Position numbers and translations under genes: made by a program. Below are positions 11,185 to 20,289 of a stretch of 64,000 nucleotides of DNA, piece after piece; the first letter of the stretch is position 1, and each line of letters starts with the position of its first letter. Under the pieces are notes generated by a model. The model made no database searches and had not been told where the DNA came from. It saw nothing but the letters and a program-made list of their open reading frames with translations. The stretch comes from Carpediemonas membranifera BICM (lineage: Eukaryota; Protista; Fornicata), in NCBI GenBank assembly GCA_019828565.1, contig JAHDYR010000053.1, positions 222,214 through 286,213 on the forward strand, in the 5' to 3' direction.

Positions 11185-11280
11185 CTGCGTCTCTCCACTT
11201 CAATTAGCTTGCCCGGAGGCGAAGACTAGCGGCTGGTTAGCCGTAATTGGTGTATTGGGGTTATAGTTGGGAAGACGGGC
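11170..11280 (-). ncRNA. Putative Fanzor omegaRNA scaffold overlapping the ORF 3' end (element 1); ends uncertain
   Basis: Minus-strand hairpins CGGCT-AACC-AGCCG (11230-11243), CTT(C)GCC-TCCG-GGCAAG (11208-11224) and CAGTG-CTTG-CACTG (about 11174-11187); the first two covary with element 2. Confidence 0.6.
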
Positions 11281-13175
11281 TGGATTTCTGAAAGCACTGG
11301 CTTGATACTGTGCATCCGTCATGAGGCCGCAATCCAAGATGTTCTGTGCAGCAGTCTTGTCTATGTGGGAGAGATTGAGCCAAGTGGATGTAGTAGGATC
11401 GGAATTGAGGCGTTGCTGTGTGTACCATGGAGCACCTTGTCAATTCGGGTTGTGGCATCGCATCGTGCGCCTCGTGTAACGAGTTCTACGGAACCTCGCG
11501 CGGCAGAAGGGGCAGACGAGTGAGGTTCGGAACTCGTTAGTCATCCGCACTTCAGCAGTGATGTTGAAAGCTCTCATGATGTGTGGTAGTAAGGTAGCAA
11601 AGCGACCATACGGCGCGCATGGATGCACCCGACGGGGCGTCTTGAATCTAGCGCTTCCGTAGAAGACAACCAGCCTGGTGGGGGCTGCCCGGGGAGGGGC
11701 AATACCGCGAGGGAGTCGCCGAGGAGTCCATCCTAGGGTGCGAGCAAGCTGCTCCCCAGCTCTGTGGAAGTGCTTTTGACGCAAGATGTGGTTCGTCAGG
11801 CGCACTCTGCGGAAGCTCTTGACCATCCCAGCGTCGAATATTTCCTGCTCGTGGAGGAGCACAAACCTAACCGAGTTTTGTAGACTATCTAGATTTGTAC
11901 TTTTGAATGACGCAGGAGTCATATCGAACGCGAAGCTGGGGGTCTTGGTGTACCCACACTTCGGGACCACACCGGAGCTGGTGGTGCCATCTGGGTGGCG
12001 GATGAAGAATCCACCCAGAGCCCGAGCACCCGGGTCGAAACCCATGACCTGGGCATCGGGGTCTGGCGCGGGGCGAGCATGCGTCATCCACACCCAGACG
12101 CTCCCGAGCCTTTCGCTTCATCGTCGGGTTGCCACTGGCACGTCTGCTGACGTATGGCAGAGCACCAACTTGGACCGTGAGGTCCACGGCGACCCCATCT
12201 GTCTTGACAGACAGCACCCGACGGATGTTCGGAGGAAGAGCCTCCAGCTGCTCTCGCGTCATGCGCTCAGTGGCGTGATGCTCCGGGTCGACCCCAAGTT
12301 GGGCAAGCCAAGCCGGGTTCAGCACGTTGAGAGAACAGGGAACGTGCATGAACCCGGGGCGGACCGGAGCCATCGGAACAAGCTTGGGGCCAGCCAGCGG
12401 CTTGTCACCCGGAAGAGGTGGATGGGCGGGGTTGAATGCCGCAACCATATCCGTGAGCTCTCCCGGAGCCGCGGAGATCCGCCAGACGCAGGGCAGCGTG
12501 AGTAGAACGCCCTCGTCGACTCGTCCCGGAGTTGAGATCTTTGCAAGGTGCTCATCAACGATCGCCTTGACAGCGCGTTGTTCGGTGCGCAACCGGGTGA
12601 TGTCGTCCCGGGGCACGTCTGGATCACGCTGAGTCAGGGCAGTGTCGACCCGAGTGATGATCTTCGCCAAGCGCCAGCAGTAACCTTCAAGGGCATTGAC
12701 GAGCCACAGCTTGGTGCTCGTAGCATATTCGCCCAGCCACACGTCGAACTCGCGAGGGCACTGTTGACGAGCTGCCCTGAGGGCGGTGCAGAGGCGGATG
12801 ATGAATTCGTCATGCCACAGTGGCATCTCGGCTATTGAGGTGACAACCTGCCGAACTGCGGTGTATTTTTTCGCGCCCAGGAAGCGGTCGACGAGTGAGT
12901 CGGTGGCGAGGTTTCGGTACTCTCCACTTCGCCGGTAGGCGACGATAACGATGGCCTGGTGCAGAGCCTGGTCATGCACGGGCAAGGAGAGATTGGCGTG
13001 GTGGCAACACGCGGCGATGTATGACAGAAGGCAAGTATGAAAGTACTTGGCCTTCGTGAACGAGCAGAGCCTGTTCTCCAATCCCGGCGTAGAAGTCCGC
13101 GATGAAAGGAATCACGTTTCTACGGTTATGGAGAATGGAGGATATGGAGAACTTGACCGTATAGATGCTGGTCAT
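11200..13175 (-). pseudogene. Fanzor1-family RNA-guided endonuclease (about 650 aa reconstructed), disrupted
   Basis: VKTDGVAV motif, RuvC-I VMGFDPG, VVFYG followed by rearranged RuvC-II NEFRTS, Zn finger CPFC...CHNPN*, RuvC-III HIDKTAAQNIL read in frame past TGA 11440-11442; frameshifts near 13080 and 12080. Confidence 0.85.
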
Positions 13176-13559
13176 GTGAAGCTCTGCGTTTTGCGGTGAA
13201 TGAACCGATCACTTGTTAACAACACACATCAAAGACGACAGACGTTTAATGAACGAGACTATGTAGTGATAATGGCGAGAATTAGAAGAACTGAAGTGTT
13301 TTATCTTCAGGCAGCGGCATAGAAGAGCCCGCTGTGCGATGGAAGGTGCCATGGTGATGATTGCAAGGACGTCATGATCAAGACCCCGAAATCCGACAAG
13401 CAGAAGAGAGCGGATGGAAGTAAGATGGGGTAGACGATAGGTGGGAAGCTAGTTGCTTGGCGAGAGGACTGGAGAAGCACTGATTGATGACCCCCGACGA
13501 TGATGACTGACTATCGAAATATCACTCAAGAAGAAGGAAGGGAGAGCGGGAAGGGGTAA

Positions 13560-13589
13560 TGAAGTATCATAGAGTGCACAGTGCAAGCA
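13560..13589 (+). repeat. 30-bp direct repeat at the 5' (ORF-upstream) end of Fanzor element 1
   Basis: Exact match to 11155-11184. Confidence 0.95.
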
Positions 13590-13671
13590 GTAAAGTAAGA
13601 CTCTTGTTGTATCGAGACCTCACCTTTCGATGGTGCATTTTTAGGATCCGTCTTTCGAAGTCGAGGAATAC

Positions 13672-14562
13672 ATGTCCAACCAGGTGTTTGTGGGCTCTAT
13701 TCCGCCAGGTGTCGATTATATGGAGATCAAGCGGGTGATGTCACGCGTTGGGGACGTTGCTTATGTGAAAATCATGAAGGACGAGCGTGGTGTATCAAGA
13801 AACTTCGGCTTTTGCGAGTTCCGCGATCACCGCTCTGTAGAAGCTGCCCTCAACCCAGCTGAAGTCTTCGAGGTTGAAAACCAGCGGCTAACGATCTCTA
13901 CTGCCGAGCGCCGTGGCGAGCGCGACAACCGCGATCGGCCATACGGCGGCCGGCGCGATGATAGACGCGACGACGGATACAATGACAGGTATGATCGTGA
14001 TAGACATGACCGCGGACCCCGTTACGACCGCGACGACCGCGACTATCGCCGCGACGGCAGGATGGATCGCCAGGACGACCGCGGTCCACCCCCTAGCTAC
14101 GATAGAGACGTACCTATGGGCAGACGCGACGACCGTGACGACGACTTTGTGGTAGGCGTCCCTGGCACGCCCTTCAGAAGCCCGGCACCTCCTCAGGACG
14201 ATGGCATCCCCCCCGGCGTTCGAGAGATTGTGAACAACCTCTCCAGCCAAGAGCGGTACGATGTTCTCGTCTCCCTGAAGGCCATGCGGCTGCAGCACGA
14301 AGAGGACTTCCGGACGCTGATGAACACGAGCCCGGTACTCGCATACGCCATCATCTCGATCAAACAGGAGCTCGAGCGCGAAACTCAGCAGAATGGGCAG
14401 GAGGAGCCGCGGCCGGACCAGCGTGCTGGAGGGCTCAGTGAGGAGGAGCAGCGCCGTCTAATCGAGGAGGCGCTCAACATGACTGAGGCTCAGTTTAATC
14501 AGCACAGCGACGCCGATAAGCGCGAGATCATGGAGATCAGGCGTAGGTATGGGCGGAGGTGA
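13672..14562 (+). CDS. CSTF2: Cleavage stimulation factor 64-kDa subunit / Rna15-like RRM protein
   Basis: N-terminal RRM (VFVGSIP, RNFGFCEF), hinge-like LMNTSPVLAYAI and C-terminal LNMTEAQFNQ..REIMEIR. Confidence 0.75.
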   Translation: MSNQVFVGSIPPGVDYMEIKRVMSRVGDVAYVKIMKDERGVSRNFGFCEFRDHRSVEAALNPAEVFEVENQRLTISTAERRGERDNRDRPYGGRRDDRRDDGYNDRYDRDRHDRGPRYDRDDRDYRRDGRMDRQDDRGPPPSYDRDVPMGRRDDRDDDFVVGVPGTPFRSPAPPQDDGIPPGVREIVNNLSSQERYDVLVSLKAMRLQHEEDFRTLMNTSPVLAYAIISIKQELERETQQNGQEEPRPDQRAGGLSEEEQRRLIEEALNMTEAQFNQHSDADKREIMEIRRRYGRR

Positions 14563-14655
14563 GTCGCCAGTCGTTTGTTTGTACGTAAAGCGCGTGATGA
14601 CCTGACATGTTGCACGATGCCATCGTTTGATAAGACAATCACCCAGCCGAGTTAT

Positions 14656-14835
14656 GAACCGAGGATGAGGGATATAGGGCAGTATCGCGCAATATTGACC
14701 AAGCTGCGGCACAATGTGTTGCGCAGTATAAACACATTGTTGGACCCTTCAATAGCACAAACATGGCCGCTTAACCTGCGTTTCGTTGACACAATGTGTT
14801 GCCCAGTATAAACATTGTTCGAACCTCCAGACAGG
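14656..14835 (+). repeat. Cluster of three related hairpin units downstream of Fanzor 2
   Basis: ACAATGTGTT-GCGCAGTATA-AACACATTGT (14711-14740, perfect 10-bp stem), a second copy at 14791-14818 and a diverged copy at 14656-14700. Confidence 0.85.
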
Positions 14836-14844
14836 GCCTGAAAG

Positions 14845-14945
14845 GAACGATCAAAGTGCCAAACTGCACAACATCATCCGTCCGTAGACGAATGTTGGCG
14901 GTTAGCCAATTGATGATACTGGAATGATGTTTGAAGACGTGGGAT
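14845..14945 (-). ncRNA. Putative Fanzor omegaRNA scaffold overlapping the ORF 3' end (element 2); ends uncertain
   Basis: Minus-strand hairpins TTGGC-TAACC-GCCAA (14895-14909) and TTCGTC-TACG-GACGGA (14877-14892), in the same order as in element 1. Confidence 0.6.
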
Positions 14946-16819
14946 CGATGTGCGACTGAACGGAGAGCCACTGAGCTCATCTTCTGAGGCAAGAGAACGC
15001 CACAGGATGTTCTCTGCAGCACTCTTGTCCCGATGATCAACATTCAGAGCATCAGGAACTGTTGCGCGCCACTGAGCACCACGGCACTGTGGATTTTCGC
15101 AGAGCATCACACGATGTGGGTGAACGTGCTGGTCATCACGCGGACGAACTCGCTTGTAGGGGGCGTGGCAGTGAGGGCAGACGACGGTGGTGCGATCCTC
15201 GTTAACCATGTTAAGATCGACGACAATGTTATACCTCTTGAGAAGGGGTACTATCTCTCTCGCGAACTTTCGATATGGCGCGCAAGGAATGAACATACCA
15301 GCAGGCGTGGTGAATCCCGAGCTCCCGTAGAAGACTTTCAGGCGAATGTGGGTGGCGATGGGATGGTGGCGACGCCAACCGAACTCCCGAGCCAACTGTT
15401 GGCCGCAGCGGGCGAAGTGCTTCTGGCGAAGGATGTGGTTCGCAAAGCGCACTCGGCGGAAAGACTTACGCATTCCAGCCTCGAAAATGTCGTTCGCGTT
15501 GTCCAGCACAAACCTAATAGAGTTGTTGATACTCACTAGTCTTGTGCTCTTGAACGACGCGGCCGTCATATCAAAGCCGAAACTTGGCGTCTTAGTGTAT
15601 CCGCACTTTGGAAGGACGCCGGAGCTGGTGGTGCCATCGGGGTGCCTGATGTAATACCCTCCGATGGACCTCGCGCCCGGGTCGAACCCCATGAGGTGGG
15701 CATCAGGATCCGGCGCGGGCGGAGCATCGGCATTATTGGTCCCGAGTCGCGGGCGCTCTCTTTCTCCCGCCATTTCGCTCGCTTTCGAACAGGCATGCTC
15801 GCATCATGTTGTGGCCGATAGTGGCCGAAGCCTCTCCTAATCGTCACCGCCACACAGACCCCATCGGTGCTCAGGCTGAGCAGACGGCCCATTGACCTGG
15901 GGTTGTCCCGGTAGCGTCTTTTCTGCTCTTCTGTCAACGGTTTGGTGGCGTGTGGGAGTGCGTGATTAATTCCCACACGATGACAGAAATTATCATTCAG
16001 TAGGCCCATCGTGTCACCGTAGGCCATGAAGCCCGGTCGGACGGGGGCCATGGGCACGATCGGCACGAGGCGAGGCTGGCGGAGCGACATCGAGTACTCC
16101 CCGTTGAAGTGGCTGATGAGGCCACTCAACGTCTCCACTCCGTCAGCAATTGCCCAGACGCAAGAGAGAATGCGTGGGGCAGCCTGGGAGACTGGGAGCC
16201 CGTCGTTCTCACCCATGTGAGTCGCCCAGAACAGCGAGGGGAGACACGCAAGGATCTCAGGGTTGACCATGTTGAGGATGGCGTGAACGCCGGCCAACTC
16301 CTGCTCGAAGAAGGCCGGAGAGCCAACACCTGCGAGAGCTTCTTCGAGTCGGGCGAGGGTGCCCTGTAGCCTGTCACGGTACGTCGTCACCGTGCGGGCG
16401 AGCCACAGCTTCACAGAGTTGGCGTATCGGATGAACCACTTCCGGAGACTGGGACTCACTCCATGCGACTCCGCACGACCTTCGAGCTGCGCGACCAGAT
16501 CCTGCGTGGTAGTCTCCCGCCACATCGGCAGAGTGTCGAGCGACTGCACGATGGCCGCGTAGGCCTGACCCGGATGACCGCCGCGTAGATGAGTGAGCAG
16601 TCCTTTGTGGAAGTCGGCGTCATGTAGGGGGAGTTGCCGGCGCTGCGCATAGCATTCAACCGCGAGCCGGGCCAGCAGGCATGAGTAGAGATATTTTGCT
16701 GCGGCGTAATCCCCCACTCTCCGTTCTTCGGTGTAGTTCTGTCTGAAAGCTTGCTTGATGGAGGCTTTGATCGTATATATCTCCATCTTGTTGCGCACTA
16801 CAGGTGTGCAGCTGGTCAT
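14874..16819 (-). pseudogene. Fanzor1-family RNA-guided endonuclease (about 640 aa), split by one frameshift near 15750-15775
   Basis: LSTDGVCV, RuvC-I LMGFDPG, KVFYG, NEDRTT, CPHC...CENPQC and RuvC-III HRDKSAAENIL all intact; N-terminal half homologous to element 1 (IYT.K.SI, AKY...CLL, VPMAPVRPGFM). Confidence 0.85.
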
Positions 16820-17014
16820 TGATGAAGATGACATATAAGAGCCGACGATGAACACCATTACCATCATATACAAGTGTAGAAGTGAATTTAATGTGGAATA
16901 GAAGACAATGAGACGACGTGTGAGCGATTGTGATGTTTGCAGCTGTACTGACGTCCACGAAGAAGACGCTTTGTGGAAGCCCTGGAGGACGATCTCCCTA
17001 CCGACTTAAGACGT

Positions 17015-17082
17015 GAGTAGGAGGGAGACAGGGCAGTGTTGCCCAGTATAAACACATTGTTTGACCCTTCAATAGCACACAA
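17015..17082 (+). repeat. Repeat at the 5' end of Fanzor element 2
   Basis: 66/68 identical to 42354-42421; weaker similarity appears to extend left to about 16935. Confidence 0.9.
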
Positions 17083-17133
17083 TGAAAATCCTTATCCTGC
17101 ACGGTCGAAAAAGCCGAGAGGCGAAATAACAGG

Positions 17134-17907
17134 ATGCAGCACATAGGCCAGCCATTCTCCCTCACAACAAAGGCAAGCGTCAGATACTTCGGCATTTTGA
17201 CGGCTATGAATCAGGAAGAGAACACATTCACGCTCGCTAATGTTCAGTGTTTCGGAACCGAGGGCCGTGTGCCACCTGCGAACGCGGTTCCTCCTTCTAC
17301 GGCCCCAATTGTTAGCAAAACTTTCAGTGCTGATGAGGTTGTGAACATCCAGCTCCAGCAGATGCCCCCGTACTTCGGCTACCCACAGGGCTATCCCCAG
17401 CAGCCCTCCTACGAGCAACAGCGCGCCCCGGCACCCGCTCCGGCCCCTGCTCCGGCCCCTGCTCCCGCCCCTGCTCCCGTCCCAGCTGCGATGCCCGCTC
17501 CCTCAATGACTGGTGCCCCCGCCCCCGCCCCTGTAACGATGAACGCCGCTATGGTGCAGAAGGAGAGGCCTGTGCGTGAGAAGCAGGCAGGCGCTACCAC
17601 TACTCAGCGCGAGAAGAACCCTGCTGGCGTTTACCGCCAGCCAAGGCCTGCTGCCCGCAATGAAATGAGTGTTGATGAGATTAAGAACTCGAAATTCGAC
17701 TTTGAGACTTCGGCAACAAAATTCAACAAGGATGCGATCTTTGAAGAGTTCGACGAGGGCGACAAGGCCGTGAAGAGCATCTTCTCGCAGTCTTCCTTCT
17801 TCGACGACATAGAGGAGCCCGAACACCGCCCGCCCCGCCAGAACAGGGGCAGAGGCCGGGGCCGTGGCCGTGGTCGCCCCTGGAAGCCCCGCGAGGAGGC
17901 GCTCTAG
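17134..17907 (+). CDS. LSM14: Lsm14/Scd6/RAP55 family protein
   Basis: N-terminal Lsm fold (VRYFGIL, LANVQCFGTEGR), FDF and FFD boxes, RG-rich tail, (AP)n linker. Confidence 0.9.
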   Translation: MQHIGQPFSLTTKASVRYFGILTAMNQEENTFTLANVQCFGTEGRVPPANAVPPSTAPIVSKTFSADEVVNIQLQQMPPYFGYPQGYPQQPSYEQQRAPAPAPAPAPAPAPAPAPVPAAMPAPSMTGAPAPAPVTMNAAMVQKERPVREKQAGATTTQREKNPAGVYRQPRPAARNEMSVDEIKNSKFDFETSATKFNKDAIFEEFDEGDKAVKSIFSQSSFFDDIEEPEHRPPRQNRGRGRGRGRGRPWKPREEAL

Positions 17908-18100
17908 ATAAAGGAATGAGTATGATGGCGGAACTGAGTGCGGCTGAGAGTGAACCGAGACCTACACTGAGGCAGGAGATGCAAGTTCAGTTCGTTGATG
18001 TCAAGTTGCTCGAGTCGATTTCGCAGTTTTGCGAACGACGTTTCGTCGTCTGCAGTATTGCTCTCTAGTATTTTAGCATGTCACTAATACATCCGACCCA

Positions 18101-18844
18101 ATGAATGCATATATGCTAGTTGTTCTCCAATTGGCTACTGTTTTTGCCAGTATGACGCAGATCCCCATTACTGGAGCTTCGCAAGTGATCAGCATTCCCA
18201 GCGAGGAAAGCCATATCGTTAGAAACACGTTTATTGCACTGTGTGGCGTTTCTGGAATTCTATTCATGGCTTATGCTGTTATCGATGACAAGGCAATTCT
18301 GCCCAAGCTCAGAAAGGCCTACAAGTCCATCATACGTCGCGTTGACTTGGCCCTAGGCGTTTTCCGCAACCCACAAACCCACACCCATGCCTCAAGTGGG
18401 GCTATTCGACATGAAGATGCTCGCCTAGAGTCTGATGCCATTGCTCTGAAGAACGCGATGACTGTGATCAAGGAGCTAGACGACGAGAACTCACAGCTGC
18501 GAAAGAAGGCAAGCACTCATGCCAATGAATCCCGTGACCAGGCCCGGCCGGTCGCGCAGAGACCACCGACATCGGCTCCACCGGCTCCACGGATGCCTCC
18601 TCCGCGTAACCTTGGGCAAGCGTGCTACGCCTCGTCAAAAGTCTATTCACTCACCCCGAAAGCACCGACTGACTTCTTGGCTCAGATTCGGAATGGGGGC
18701 ACGGCAGCGCTGAAGAAGCACGTGGATGTGGCTCCCAGGAAGTCGAGGGACTCGGCGGGAGGAATGGTTAGTCAGTTGGAACAGGCAATGGCCAGGCGTC
18801 GGAAGGCAATGGCCGATACTGAATCGTCTGAGGAAGAGCGGTAA
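18101..18844 (+). CDS. Membrane-anchored protein with a Pro-rich segment and a WH2/central-helix-like C-terminus
   Basis: Hydrophobic N-terminus plus a TM segment, coiled coil, PPAPRMPPP, DFLAQIRNGG..LKK, LEQAMARRRKAM and an acidic tail. Confidence 0.55.
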   Translation: MNAYMLVVLQLATVFASMTQIPITGASQVISIPSEESHIVRNTFIALCGVSGILFMAYAVIDDKAILPKLRKAYKSIIRRVDLALGVFRNPQTHTHASSGAIRHEDARLESDAIALKNAMTVIKELDDENSQLRKKASTHANESRDQARPVAQRPPTSAPPAPRMPPPRNLGQACYASSKVYSLTPKAPTDFLAQIRNGGTAALKKHVDVAPRKSRDSAGGMVSQLEQAMARRRKAMADTESSEEER

Positions 18845-19653
18845 ACGTGTTGATGATGACGAGTGTTGCATTTAGATCGCTAAAATACTCAATAAGTCCG
18901 CTCCTTGCGACTGAGACTGTTGGTACCTTACCAAGCGCGATGTTTGATGCAGTTTTGATGTTGTTAGATAATTGACCTGTCAGACAGCCTCCTGTGCATG
19001 GAAAATGATTCCACGATCTTCAAATGGCAATGGCGGGCCTTGCAGCCACTACTCCGAGGAGTACCACGCCAAAAGCTTCACGCTCAGCACAAGAGGGGCA
19101 TATCGATCATCCAGGTTGGATTGGTTACCAAGATATACACGTAAAGAAACGAAGAAGTTGCTATAGTAGCGATCCCGTTCGAGTATAGTCTTGTTGATAA
19201 TTGATAGTCTTAGCCTGCGCGACTCGACGACTGTGGTTAAAATGGCTTAAACTCAAAACTCGTTTGAAAAAGAAACAAGGAATTCACACAGATAGCAAAT
19301 ATTGACTGCTGTATGGCAATATGGCCTAGCCGACCATTGGACGAGCCCGCTCCGGTGTCCCGGCCTCACGATTGTGCATGAAAAAAAATCGGCAGAAACT
19401 TTTTGGTGAAAAAAAAGCTAGTCAACAAAGGCATGAACATAGAGTCGGTTACACGCGTGCTTCGGCCCACCGCGTGTATCAGCTTCTCCCATTATGCAAT
19501 AATGCGGGACGTCGTTCCATAGTGTTCCTATTTGCATGCGTTCTCCGCATATTCACAGGAACGCGTCCCGAACAGCTTCAGTAACCAACATCAAGCGCCC
19601 GCACAATGCTAAGCTTTACAGAGCCGCGTACCGCGACCAGCAATAAAGAGAAA

Positions 19654-20190
19654 TCAATCAAGTCTAATGACACTGCGGCATGCCGCTGGAGAGTCCATGT
19701 GAAGGCGCACCCTCACGTCAGCCTCCCCGCTCGTCCGCCGCGGCATCGTGCGCGGCGAGTAGTGGTGCGTGATTTTAAGGGAGCTGCGCCTCGAGCTCCT
19801 CTGGTTGGCCTGCTGGTTCTCGTTGAGCCGCTTGGGCGCGGCCGTCCGGTGCGTCTTCGGCGAGATGAAGGAGACCGCGTCGCCCTGGAAGCTGGACGTC
19901 ACAAACTCGTCAGACAAGTAGGAGTGAACTTCCGAATCTGCGCGGACCGATGTCGGTGACTTCGCGAATGAATCAAGCGACCGGGCGAAGGGGCTGTCGC
20001 GCATGAACGGCGAATGGCACGTTGAGGCGATGCTGAAGCACGAAATTTGGTCCAAATCGAAGCTTGCATCGGGCGCGAACGAATCGGTGTGGAAATCGAT
20101 GTTCTGCTCCGCAACGGGCGTCACCGGAAGCGGCGGAAGCCACGTGAACGCATCTTGGCTCATCGACAGCGGCAGAATGGGTTTGTCCAT
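19654..20190 (-). CDS. Duplicate of the hypothetical Ser-rich protein at 9307-9843
   Basis: Identical translation. Confidence 0.5.
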   Translation of the reverse strand: MDKPILPLSMSQDAFTWLPPLPVTPVAEQNIDFHTDSFAPDASFDLDQISCFSIASTCHSPFMRDSPFARSLDSFAKSPTSVRADSEVHSYLSDEFVTSSFQGDAVSFISPKTHRTAAPKRLNENQQANQRSSRRSSLKITHHYSPRTMPRRTSGEADVRVRLHMDSPAACRSVIRLD

Positions 20191-20289
20191 CCTAAGATGA
20201 ATTGTGCTGGTTGAAGATGCCGTTGAAGATGAGGCGAATCCTAAAAATCAGATTTAAGGCAAGATTCAATATCGTGACAGTTGCCGCAG

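Larger units (their letters stand above)
11155..13589 (-). mobile_element. Fanzor element 1: Fanzor1-type nuclease gene bounded by a perfect 30-bp direct repeat, no transposase
   Basis: TGAAGTATCATAGAGTGCACAGTGCAAGCA at 11155-11184 and 13560-13589; sits between the divergent TRAPPC13 and CstF-64 genes. Confidence 0.8.
14656..17082 (-). mobile_element. Fanzor element 2: Fanzor1-type nuclease gene between direct copies of a hairpin-containing repeat, no transposase
   Basis: 14716-14759 matches 17036-17079 at 42/44; further partial copies at 14656-14695 and 14791-14822; exact ends uncertain. Confidence 0.7.

Noticed and set aside
13076-13115. 40-nt GT-AG intron that would repair the first frameshift of Fanzor 1
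   Set aside because: It restores the frame, but GTGATT...TTGGAG matches neither the donor nor the branch/acceptor pattern of the other introns here
14656-14835. CRISPR array next to the RuvC nuclease
   Set aside because: Only 2-3 unevenly spaced units, and part of the would-be spacer recurs at 17060-17080 and 42400-42420, so it is repeat sequence rather than a unique spacer
12060-15790. Single conserved programmed ribosomal frameshift in both Fanzors
   Set aside because: The required shifts differ (+1 versus -1) and no shared slippery sequence is visible
17425-17480. Tandem 6-bp GCNCCN repeats
   Set aside because: Simply encode the (Ala-Pro)n linker of Lsm14
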